Shown in pieces: positions 37,067 through 46,026 of a stretch of DNA of 64,000 nt. The translations under genes and the position numbers were made by a program. The notes under the pieces were generated by a model that worked only from the letters and a program-made list of their open reading frames with translations, made no database searches and had not been told where the DNA came from. Source of the DNA: an uncultured Fibrobacterota bacterium (GTDB lineage: Bacteria; Fibrobacterota; Chitinivibrionia; Chitinivibrionales; FEN-1185); contig CAVSQB010000030.1 in assembly GCA_963729895.1 (NCBI GenBank), positions 1 to 64,000 on the forward strand, in the 5' to 3' direction. Numbering within the stretch: the stretch's first letter is position 1; every line of letters begins with the position of its first letter.

Positions 37067-37519
37067 TTATAAGAGACCCAGGTCGGTCATGGCACAGGCG
37101 TAAGCATCTTTCTTAAAATATACTATTTTGTCAAGAACCGTTTGAGCCGTCTCCCAGGAAAAAGAATCGAACTCCGCCGGCTCCAGGGCGAAACTGATCG
37201 ACGCATCGTCACCCGAGAATTCAGTAAGCACCCACTGCTGAGATTGGCCCCGAAAGGTCTGGTGTTTGTGCACGAGACCTTTCGGAAAATTGTAGGTATA
37301 AGGTCCAGCCGCAATCTTGATTACTGTAACATCTTTCAGGCCGGTTTCCTCAAAAAGCTCGCGTCGCATTTCGGAAACCAAGTCTGCGCCCGGCCGAAGT
37401 CCTCCCTGTGGAAACTGCCACCCCTGTCCCGGGCCAAGCCCTTTCCTGTGGCACACAAGAAGCAGGTTGGTGCCGGCTTTGCGGACCACAACGCATACGT
37501 TGCGGCGATACCTGGCCAT
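37067..37519 (-). CDS. NUDIX hydrolase, RppH-like
   Basis: YRRNV, WQFPQGG..RELFEETG, GQSQQW, FKKD.Y; alternative GTG start at 37534. Confidence 0.85.
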   Translation of the reverse strand: MARYRRNVCVVVRKAGTNLLLVCHRKGLGPGQGWQFPQGGLRPGADLVSEMRRELFEETGLKDVTVIKIAAGPYTYNFPKGLVHKHQTFRGQSQQWVLTEFSGDDASISFALEPAEFDSFSWETAQTVLDKIVYFKKDAYACAMTDLGLL

Positions 37520-37537
37520 GCTTAGTGCATCCACCGG

Positions 37538-40500
37538 CTAGCGTTTCGCGTTTTTCGCTTCCTCCTTAATTTCGGCATTGTTCGGGTCGAGCTGGATCGC
37601 CTTATCGAGATTTTGCAGGTACAAGGCATTGTTCTTCTGCATCTTAGCCAGTCTCGCAAGCCCCAGATAAGCCAAGGCGTAATTCGGGTCTGCCCGGAGC
37701 GCGCGCTCGAAAAACGTCTTTGCCCATTGCGGCTTGTTCTGCTGCATATGAACGTCCGCACGCTCGTAGAGCGCCGGCGCGTAATTGGGGTTGATATATG
37801 ATATTTCCTTGTATGTCTCTACTGCGGGATCGAGTTTCTTTTGGGCGCGCTGGGCACGGGCGAGAACCATGAGAGCTTCGATATTTTCCGGGTCCGTCGC
37901 CTTAATGTCTTCAACGGCGTCCTCCGCTTCCTTGAATTTCCCGTCGTCGTACAGGCTTTGCGCATAGGACAGTAGGATTTTGTTGTCCCGTTTGATGCCG
38001 ATGAGCTGCTTCATTTCCTCAATGGCCTTCTTGTTCTGGTCGGTCTTCTTGTACAAATCGACAAGCTGGAGCCTGATGTCGGTATCGTCGGGCTTGAGAG
38101 CCTTTGCCTTGACTAGAACGTCTATCGCGTCCTTGGGACGGTTGGTCTTGATATATCCCATAGCAAGGAGGGTCATTATTTCCGGATCTTTGGACGAAAG
38201 GGTGTTTGCCATCTCAAGGTATACCATGGCATCCGTCACGGAGCCGCCTTTCAAGAGAAGCATGCCGAGTCTCTTGTTTGCATCAAGGTTCTGCGGATCC
38301 AGGGTGATGAGTTTCTTGTACGCGTCAAGCTCGCCCCGTTCGTTCCCGAGTTTGTTGTACACCTGGGCCATTTCGATCCACATTGCAGGAATGGTATCCG
38401 CGATGGCGGATGCTTTTTTGAGCAAGGTGGCCGACTTCGACAAGGTGGCCTTGTCTTTTGCGTACAGAATGCCGAGCCGGAGCATGTTGCGGTAGTCGGA
38501 AGGAAACTGGGTCACGTTTTCTTCATAGATTTTCCGGGCGCGCTGCGGATTCACCTTTTCCTGGAGAAATCCGGCCTTGTATGCCACATCAGGGTCTTTT
38601 GCACCGGGCAGCATCAAATAAGCGGAATACATGTCCACTGCGCTTTGAATATTGTTGTCTTTCTCGTACGATTCGGCAAGAAGCTTGAGAACCTTCTTGA
38701 TTCCCGGAACAGCAGGTTTACGGAGCCGTAACCCTTCGTAGATTTCCTGTGCCTTCTTGTTGTTGCCGGCAAGATAGTAGCTTTCGCCTGCGGCCATGAG
38801 ATAATCGATATCATTGGCGCCTTTTTCCTTCACAAGATCAAAGTACTTCACCGCTTCTTGGGGCTGTTTCTTCTGGTACAGGGCCATTCCCACGTTCTTC
38901 GCAACTTCCTGGTCCCCGGGAACCTTTTCGAGATATTTTTTGTACACGCTGATGGCTTGGTCGTTCCTTCCATCCTTGAGGTACAGATCTCCGAGTTCCT
39001 TGTATTCCGCCTCGACCTTGGGGTTCATCATGATTACCTGTTCGAAGGTGATGATCGCGCCGTTGCGGTCGCCGGTTTTCGCCTGACACTCCGCAAGGGA
39101 CGAAAGGACGTCAACATTCTGAGGATCCATCTGCATCGCCTTTTGGTACATGTCAAGAGCTTTGCCGAACTGATTGCTCTTCTGGTAAATCATGCCGAGG
39201 GTGGTGTATGCGCCGACGTCCGCTTCACCCGACCGGATTGCGCCGCTCAGAACGCGGATGACCTCGTCCTGCTGGCCTTTGGCTATTACGAGCTCCGCAT
39301 ACCGTTTATAGAACCCCTTGATGGTGGGATCGAGTTTGAGGGCGGCACGGTAGGCCGCAAGCGCGCCGTCCTGATCTTTTAGCTCGTACAGGAGATCGCC
39401 AAGGTTGCGCTGTCCAATTGCGTCCGAAGGATTGATGGCGAGATATTTCTTGAGGTACACGCTGGCGCCGCCTTTATCGCCGCTCTTAATACACAGGTCG
39501 TACAGGTTCTTGAACACGTCGGCGTTCTGCGGGGTAAGAACGGACAGTTCTTTGTACATGTCGAAGGCCTGCTTGTTGTCCTTCTGGTCCAGCGCGAATT
39601 TTGCGAGCCGCAGCCTCGAATTCGCATCAGTCTTGTCCATTTCGACAATTTTCTTGTCTGCGCTCGCAAGTTTCACCTGGTCCCCAAGTTGGTCGTAGCA
39701 GGCGGCAAGCTGCTTCCAGTATTCAAGTTCGAATGGCTTCTTTCCAACAAGATATTCGAGCTGGTCTTTTGCCTCGGCATAATTCTTGTCCTTGAGGTAT
39801 GCTTTGTAAAGGATATTCCTCGAGTCCATAAGCGACGGATCGATTTTAACCGCCGACTCCGCAGCGTCGCGGGCCTTGTCCCACTGGCCGATCGCTGATG
39901 CGGCAATTGCGATCCCCTCGGCCGACTTGGCGCCGTGGTCGAGTAAGTAACATTTCTCGAAATACTTGAGCGCCTCGGAATTCTTCTTCCCCTTCAGGTT
40001 ATACATGCCGAGCGTCATATATACCTTGGGGTCGTTCGGATTGAGCGACATCATCTTTTCGTAGGTGGATTTCGCTTTGTCGCTCATGCCGTTCTTTTCG
40101 TACAAATCGGCCAGCCTTGCCGTGGCTTCGATGTTGTTCGGGTTAAGTGCCAGGGCTTTTTCCAGGCTGAGAATGGCCTTGGCGCTGTTGCCCGAGCCGC
40201 TGTATGCGTCGGCAAGCAGGAAGTTCACGTTTTCCACTATTTTTCCCTGCGGGTCCGCGTTTGCAATGAACAAAAACTGGCTGAGAGCGGCCTCAAAATT
40301 CTTTTTCTCGAGGTTCGCGTTGCCCACTTTGAAACGGGCGATGATTGCTTCGGGCGACGTTGACGTCCCGAATTTCTCGATTGCCGCCAGGTATGCGCGA
40401 ATAGCGTTGTCCCCATTCTGGGTTTTCTCGTTGGACACGCCGCGGGTATACTGGTCCATGGCAGTCATTTGGGGACTTGCAGCGGTCTTTTCGTATTCAC

Positions 40501-41236
40501 TGGCTGCTGCGAGGAATTTCCCCTTTTTGTAATAACAGCGCGCAAGCTCGATTCCCGCTTCGGCAAGGCCGGGGTTCTTTGTTGAAGCTTCCTTTAGGTA
40601 ATTGATTGCGTCGTCGATGCGGTTGAGATCTAAAAGCACCTCGCCGAGCTTGAAAGCAAGATCCGCATCCGGCTGGGTTGCGTAGGATTTCAGGAGAAGG
40701 GGTAACGCGTTGGCGTACTGCTTGTCGTTGTAATAGATGTTGCCTAGTTCGCGGTTCGCGATTGCATTTGAGGAATCGGATTGAATCACCTTTTCCAGTG
40801 CCTTTTTTGCGTCGGCCGGGCGCTTCAATTTGATGCACGCAGAAGCATATTCCCAGCTTGCTTCCGCGGTGAAATTTACCTCAAGCGCTTTTTGGGCCAC
40901 CGAAAGAGCGTTGTCGGGCTGGTCGAGCTTGTTGTAGATCCGAGCAGCTCCTTCCATGGATTCGTAATCCTTGGGATTGAGGCGCCAGGAAACAAGATAG
41001 CAGACAAGCGCTTTTTCCGTGAGGCCGAGCGCTTCGTTCGCTTTGCCCAGTTTCACCCAAATATCGGCTGTTCTGGAAGGCGCCGGAATCTTATCGTCGG
41101 CATAGTCGAGAGCGGCCTTATAGTTCTTGTCGCTTATCATCTTGTCAAATGCGTCATCGGCGAGGGACCGAGTTGCAAAGGTGAAAACGATGAGCAGTCC
41201 TGCAACGCCGCACATGACGGGCAACCGGTTGAACAT
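37538..41236 (-). CDS. Large exported tetratricopeptide-repeat protein (about 1230 aa)
   Basis: Signal peptide, then continuous TPR-like repeats; AAAGGAG RBS before ATG 41236. Confidence 0.9.
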   Translation of the reverse strand: MFNRLPVMCGVAGLLIVFTFATRSLADDAFDKMISDKNYKAALDYADDKIPAPSRTADIWVKLGKANEALGLTEKALVCYLVSWRLNPKDYESMEGAARIYNKLDQPDNALSVAQKALEVNFTAEASWEYASACIKLKRPADAKKALEKVIQSDSSNAIANRELGNIYYNDKQYANALPLLLKSYATQPDADLAFKLGEVLLDLNRIDDAINYLKEASTKNPGLAEAGIELARCYYKKGKFLAAASEYEKTAASPQMTAMDQYTRGVSNEKTQNGDNAIRAYLAAIEKFGTSTSPEAIIARFKVGNANLEKKNFEAALSQFLFIANADPQGKIVENVNFLLADAYSGSGNSAKAILSLEKALALNPNNIEATARLADLYEKNGMSDKAKSTYEKMMSLNPNDPKVYMTLGMYNLKGKKNSEALKYFEKCYLLDHGAKSAEGIAIAASAIGQWDKARDAAESAVKIDPSLMDSRNILYKAYLKDKNYAEAKDQLEYLVGKKPFELEYWKQLAACYDQLGDQVKLASADKKIVEMDKTDANSRLRLAKFALDQKDNKQAFDMYKELSVLTPQNADVFKNLYDLCIKSGDKGGASVYLKKYLAINPSDAIGQRNLGDLLYELKDQDGALAAYRAALKLDPTIKGFYKRYAELVIAKGQQDEVIRVLSGAIRSGEADVGAYTTLGMIYQKSNQFGKALDMYQKAMQMDPQNVDVLSSLAECQAKTGDRNGAIITFEQVIMMNPKVEAEYKELGDLYLKDGRNDQAISVYKKYLEKVPGDQEVAKNVGMALYQKKQPQEAVKYFDLVKEKGANDIDYLMAAGESYYLAGNNKKAQEIYEGLRLRKPAVPGIKKVLKLLAESYEKDNNIQSAVDMYSAYLMLPGAKDPDVAYKAGFLQEKVNPQRARKIYEENVTQFPSDYRNMLRLGILYAKDKATLSKSATLLKKASAIADTIPAMWIEMAQVYNKLGNERGELDAYKKLITLDPQNLDANKRLGMLLLKGGSVTDAMVYLEMANTLSSKDPEIMTLLAMGYIKTNRPKDAIDVLVKAKALKPDDTDIRLQLVDLYKKTDQNKKAIEEMKQLIGIKRDNKILLSYAQSLYDDGKFKEAEDAVEDIKATDPENIEALMVLARAQRAQKKLDPAVETYKEISYINPNYAPALYERADVHMQQNKPQWAKTFFERALRADPNYALAYLGLARLAKMQKNNALYLQNLDKAIQLDPNNAEIKEEAKNAKR

Positions 41237-41353
41237 ACCGCACGCTCCTTTCAGCGAGAATCCAGGGGAACTATCGGGCAAGATCATCTACCAGGTTAAA
41301 AAAGAACAACTAAAGGGGACCTCTAAAAATTGCCTAATTTGCCCAATTAATGC

Positions 41354-41382
41354 TTGACAAAGGCTATTTCGTCAATTATTTT
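41354..41382 (+). promoter_or_regulatory. Putative transposase promoter
   Basis: TTGACA-N17-TATTTT inside the left end of the IS. Confidence 0.5.
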
Positions 41383-41432
41383 AATTCCAGACAACAAACC
41401 TGCGAACCCACTACCGTCTGGAGGATATTGCG

Positions 41433-42452
41433 ATGGGACAGATAGGCCTTTTTGACCTTGAGAATCGCCTTTCCGAGCTTTCCGAAATGGGAGACCCTCT
41501 TGAAACCATCAATCGGGCCATACGTTGGAAGAGTTTTCGTCCTGTTATTGACAAGGCTTTTCGCAAGGAACGGAAGAGCAACGCCGGTCGTCCACCGTAC
41601 GATTATATCCTGATGTTCAAGATTCTCGTGTTGCAGACGATGTATGGGCTTTCCGATGCGCAAACCCAGTTTCAGATTCTGGACCGATTGACGTTCAAAC
41701 GGTTTCTTGAACTCACTTCCGAGGATAGCATTCCCGACGAGAAAACGGTCTGGTTGTTTCGGGAAACGCTGACACAAGCAGGCGTTGTCAAGAAGCTGTT
41801 TGACCTGTTCGGTCGTCAGTTGAACGAAGCGGGTTACACTGCCCAGAAAGGCCAAATAATAGATGCGAGTTTTGTCGAGGTACCTCGCCAGAGAAACACG
41901 CGGGAGGAGAATAAAGAAATCAAGAACGGGGGCACGCCGCAGGAATGGGAAAAGCACCCTGAGAAACTTCGTCAGAAAGATGTTGATGCGCGATGGACGA
42001 AGAAGAACGATCAGACGTTTTTTGGCTACAAGAACCATGCGTCGGTAGACGCGAAGCATAAAATCATTCGAGACTATGCGGCGACATCCGCAGAAGTGCA
42101 CGACTCCAATATGCTTGAACCTCTCCTTAATCCTGAGAACACGAACGCGGACGTGTTTGCCGACAGCGCGTATCATTCGGAAAAGGCGGAACAAAGGCTT
42201 GATTATCTCTGGTACAGAAGCAAAATATGTGTCAAAGGGACTCGTGGCGCACCATTGACGGAAGCACAATTGGCACAGAACCGGAAGAAATCCAAAGTCA
42301 GATCGCGTATAGAACATGTGTTTGCTCAAATAGAAATCATGTTTCGTGGCAGGATCAGGTGTATCGGGCGGCTGAGGGCCGCGGCGAAGATAGGACTCCT
42401 GAACCTGGTTTACAACATAAAACGCTTTGCATATCTTGAGTGCCACGCCTGA
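41433..42452 (+). CDS. IS5-family transposase
   Basis: GRPPYD, GLSD, IPDEKTVWLFRE, IIDASFV, FGYKNH, ADSAY, RIEHVF. Confidence 0.95.
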   Translation: MGQIGLFDLENRLSELSEMGDPLETINRAIRWKSFRPVIDKAFRKERKSNAGRPPYDYILMFKILVLQTMYGLSDAQTQFQILDRLTFKRFLELTSEDSIPDEKTVWLFRETLTQAGVVKKLFDLFGRQLNEAGYTAQKGQIIDASFVEVPRQRNTREENKEIKNGGTPQEWEKHPEKLRQKDVDARWTKKNDQTFFGYKNHASVDAKHKIIRDYAATSAEVHDSNMLEPLLNPENTNADVFADSAYHSEKAEQRLDYLWYRSKICVKGTRGAPLTEAQLAQNRKKSKVRSRIEHVFAQIEIMFRGRIRCIGRLRAAAKIGLLNLVYNIKRFAYLECHA

Positions 42453-42727
42453 AAAGCGGGACAGGACCGCACAAGGCCCCCAAAGGGACCGAAAAAAGAA
42501 CAGTTTTGGGCACCTATCAGACAAATAGACGCCCTGACATCGCGAAATAATACTATCTGTCAACATGATCTTGGAATCTACTATTTTACAGAATTTTTAG
42601 AGGTCCCCTAAATATATATAACCGAAAATATTGATGGGTAGGTAAAATCAATCGGTTCGGGCGGCCTCCTCGCCGTTGCGCTAGAAAAATTCTGGATCGA
42701 TCCTGAAGCAGCCGGGCGCCGCCCTTT

Positions 42728-43339
42728 CTATCCGCCGTCATCTCCCAGTGACGGATCACTCACCATTCTTCTGAAAACCACCCAATTGAACAGCGGACCC
42801 GGATCAAGTTTGACGTCCTTCCGAAGACCGAGCCTAACGGCAGCTTCACCTGCAATATCTTGGTGTCCAACGTAGGCAAATGTTCTCCGGTGGCGTTGCT
42901 CAATGTCACGGCACAGAAGAGCGCAGGATGAATACTGTTCTTGGGTAAAACCGGAATCAGGCGTGGCAACGAGCTCAATGCCAATTGAAAAACCGTTCGC
43001 CATTGTCCTTGAATCCGGCGCGGGCATGACGCTGCCGCCCGCGTGCCACGCTTTCTTGTCTTCGGGCACCAACCGGAATATGGTGCCCGTTCGGTCAATT
43101 AGATAGTGGCTGCTTACCCCGCAGTCACAGAATATCCTGAGGATGAGAGACAAATCGAAGGGACGGCGCGGATCGATATGCATGGCGCTGATGTAATGAA
43201 GAACGATTGTATCGACAACCTGCCCTTGCCGCTCTTCCCAGAGGTGTTCCTTGTTCTGGCCCAGGATGCATGACGACAAGGTTGCGTTGCCCGCTGGCGC
43301 CTCGTTGTTGATGTCAAGCAAACACTGCACGATCTTCAT
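42728..43339 (-). CDS. N-acetylmuramoyl-L-alanine amidase (Amidase_2, AmpD-like)
   Basis: IVLHY, SSHYLIDR.G, AWHAG, SIGIEL, GHQDIA, K.DPG. Confidence 0.88.
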   Translation of the reverse strand: MKIVQCLLDINNEAPAGNATLSSCILGQNKEHLWEERQGQVVDTIVLHYISAMHIDPRRPFDLSLILRIFCDCGVSSHYLIDRTGTIFRLVPEDKKAWHAGGSVMPAPDSRTMANGFSIGIELVATPDSGFTQEQYSSCALLCRDIEQRHRRTFAYVGHQDIAGEAAVRLGLRKDVKLDPGPLFNWVVFRRMVSDPSLGDDGG

Positions 43340-43464
43340 GGCAGACGCCTTTCTCTTTGAAACGATATCCTGCGAACCGGGCCAGTGGCGTTCCGGACAA
43401 GCGAAAGAACATGTGTTCCCCGGCAAAAAGCCGGGTAACCCGGTTTCTATTGGAGAATCTTGGT

Positions 43465-43938
43465 TCAGTAACCGTATTCGTTCCGCAGCAGCGGGATGAT
43501 ACGGTCGATATGCCCCGACAATATCTTGAAAGTATTCAGGTAGTCTTTGCTGGTGCCGCCCACGGGATCTTTGACAGTTGCCTTTTTTGAATCGTCCCGT
43601 TTGGGCCATGCACCAAGGAGAAATACCAAGTCGTCAAGTCTGGGGTAAAACATCTTGAGAAATTCTTTCTGGACAGGTTCCATAACCAGAATCAGGTCAG
43701 CCTGTTTCAACTCTTCCGGGACAAGGGCACGCGACCGCAGGCTGGAAATGTCAAGGCCGTTTTCGGAACATGTCTGGATGGCAAGATCGGTGGGAGGAAG
43801 TCCGTCTGCCCCATGAATTCCCATGGATGATACAACGAGTCCCCTGCCCGCTTCCTTTGCCCAGCGCGCCCGAAGGATGGCTTCGGCCATGGGACTGCGG
43901 CACCTGTTGGCGGTGCAAACAAAAATGATATGAACCAC
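43465..43938 (-). CDS. Low-molecular-weight protein tyrosine/arginine phosphatase
   Basis: CTANRCRS (CX5R), DLILVM, VKDP. Confidence 0.92.
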   Translation of the reverse strand: MVHIIFVCTANRCRSPMAEAILRARWAKEAGRGLVVSSMGIHGADGLPPTDLAIQTCSENGLDISSLRSRALVPEELKQADLILVMEPVQKEFLKMFYPRLDDLVFLLGAWPKRDDSKKATVKDPVGGTSKDYLNTFKILSGHIDRIIPLLRNEYGY

Positions 43939-44071
43939 GAATTCACGCCTGTAAATCGATGTCCGCTGGCTGGGCCGGTGGCACTTATGCCGATATCGGT
44001 ATCAAAACTATTAAAAATATAGTATTTTTTACCGAAGGCGAACCTATTCCTTTTACCTCATGAGGAGCTCT

Positions 44072-44419
44072 ATGGCGCTTTCGAATGAAGAAAAATCGCT
44101 TGTCGAAGAAGCCTTGCAGGTATATCTCCAGATTGTTGCGCGTCAGTTGCCGCAGGCGCAAGTCCAGCAGATTGCCCAGATTGCGCGGGGTATTGTTGGT
44201 AAACTCGATTCCGTGGGGAGCGGCGCAGGCGGCTCAAAAGGAAACAGGCCCGAAGGCATTTCCGACGAGTGGTTCAAAAAAGTGTGCCAGAAGTGCGACA
44301 AGCTTTCCGCCACGGGGTGCACAGACAAGGTGACCGTGAAGTTTCCCGGGAAATGCGACCCAATCTTGAAATATGAGAATGAGAAACGCGGAGTCAAGAG
44401 CAGGGAGAAGGAGTTTTAG
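44072..44419 (+). CDS. Hypothetical protein with a C-terminal 4-Cys motif
   Basis: GAGGAG RBS; CQKC-x7-C-x11-C. Confidence 0.75.
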   Translation: MALSNEEKSLVEEALQVYLQIVARQLPQAQVQQIAQIARGIVGKLDSVGSGAGGSKGNRPEGISDEWFKKVCQKCDKLSATGCTDKVTVKFPGKCDPILKYENEKRGVKSREKEF

Positions 44420-44557
44420 AATTCGACAAGAAAGTGGGGTCTCCTTTGTGGCAGGGGCGACACACGGCCGGGTTCTTTCTCCGGGCTCTGTTGACCGGTG
44501 TGGGTCGGCGCGCCGGCTTTTTCAATAACCTGCCGAAGCAAGTGCCGTTGCAGCCGG

Positions 44558-45838
44558 TTACACCGTCTTCACAAGAACGTAGTTCTTTTTGCCTTTCTGC
44601 ACAAGGATGTACTTTCCATTAAGCAATGAATCAGTCTTCACCAGAAGATCCGGTTCGGTAATTTTTACCTTATTGACAGAAACCCCGCCGTTCTGAATGA
44701 GCCGCTTTGCCTCGCCTTTGGACGCCACGATCCTGCACTTGACAGCAAGAAAGTCAACAATGGCCACACCCGCCTCAAGCTCGGTTCTGGCGACTGTGGC
44801 TTGCGGCACTCCTTCAAACATCGACAGCAGGTCATTCTCGGAAAGTTTCCTAAGCGATTCGGCAGTTCCTTCACCGAAAAGAACGGCAGCGGCTTCAACT
44901 GCGCCTTCCCAATCCGCCTGCGAATGCACGCGGATGGTGATGTCTTTTGCCAGGGCCTTCTGCAAGGGACGTGTGTGAGGCGCTGCGCTGTGCTCGGCAC
45001 AGATCGCGTCGATTTCTTCCCTTGACAACAGCGTAAATAGCCTGATGAACCGGCGCGCGTCGTCGTCGGTGCAGTTGAGCCAGAACTGGTAGAACCGGTA
45101 CGGCGATGTGAGCGCCGGGTCGAGCCAGATTTTCTCGCCTGCCGCCGATTTGCCGAACTTGGTGCCGTCCGCCTTGGTGAGAAGCGGGCAGGTGAGGGCG
45201 AACGCTTCGCCGCCGGCCTTGCGACGGACCAACTCGCACCCGGCCGTTATGTTGCCCCATTGGTCGGATCCGCCCATCTGCAAAACGCAATTCTTGTTCT
45301 TGAACAGCCAGTAGAAATCGTATGCCTGGAGGAGCTGATAGGAAAACTCGGTGAATGAAATCCCGCTTTCCAGCCGCGATTGCACCGAGTCCTTGGCCAT
45401 CATGTAGCTCACGGTAAGGTGTTTTCCAACATCGCGCAGAAAATCGATGAACGAAACGCCTTTGAACCAGTCGTAGTTGTTTACGATGTGCGCCTTATTG
45501 GCACGCGGGCCGAAATCAAGAAACCGGGCAAGCTGTTTCTCAAAACATTCCAGGTTGTGTTGTATTTCGTCAACCGACAGCAGCTTGCGCTCTTCCGATT
45601 TGCCCGACGGATCGCCTATCATTCCCGTGGCTCCGCCCACCAGTGCGATAGGCGTATGGCCCGCGCGTTGGAACTGCACAAGAAGCATGATGGCCACCAG
45701 GTTGCCTATTTGCAAAGAAGATGCGGTGGGGTCGAACCCGACGTACCCGCACACGCTCTGTTTCTTGAGCATCTCCTCGGTGCCGGGCATGATGTCGTGG
45801 ACCATACCGCGCCAGGTGAGTTCTTCTATGAATGTCAT
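44558..45838 (-). CDS. tyrS: Tyrosine--tRNA ligase
   Basis: [32 protein letters not shown]-terminal S4 domain. Confidence 0.97.
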   Translation of the reverse strand: MTFIEELTWRGMVHDIMPGTEEMLKKQSVCGYVGFDPTASSLQIGNLVAIMLLVQFQRAGHTPIALVGGATGMIGDPSGKSEERKLLSVDEIQHNLECFEKQLARFLDFGPRANKAHIVNNYDWFKGVSFIDFLRDVGKHLTVSYMMAKDSVQSRLESGISFTEFSYQLLQAYDFYWLFKNKNCVLQMGGSDQWGNITAGCELVRRKAGGEAFALTCPLLTKADGTKFGKSAAGEKIWLDPALTSPYRFYQFWLNCTDDDARRFIRLFTLLSREEIDAICAEHSAAPHTRPLQKALAKDITIRVHSQADWEGAVEAAAVLFGEGTAESLRKLSENDLLSMFEGVPQATVARTELEAGVAIVDFLAVKCRIVASKGEAKRLIQNGGVSVNKVKITEPDLLVKTDSLLNGKYILVQKGKKNYVLVKTV

Positions 45839-45877
45839 CAATGTAATCCTTCCGCAAGATGGGTTGATCAGATGCAC

Positions 45878-45905
45878 AAAATACAACGTGCGGGAGGGGG
45901 TTCAA
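45878..45905 (-). promoter_or_regulatory. Putative promoter for tyrS
   Basis: TTGAAC-N16-TATTTT. Confidence 0.4.
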
Positions 45906-46026
45906 ATCTTTGCAAAAGAGGTAACGAGGAAACGTCGAGCGGGATCACGTGCAGCTTCCATCCGGCTTTCGTCGTTGCGCGTTGTTTCCCTGGAGCTATG
46001 TAGGTACGTCCCGGAAGAGCCTTTCC

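Larger units (their letters stand above)
41315..42608 (+). mobile_element. IS5-family insertion sequence, complete
   Basis: Perfect 17-bp TIR GGGGACCTCTAAAAATT (41315-41331 / 42592-42608); TAAA direct repeat at 41311-41314 and 42609-42612. Confidence 0.95.
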
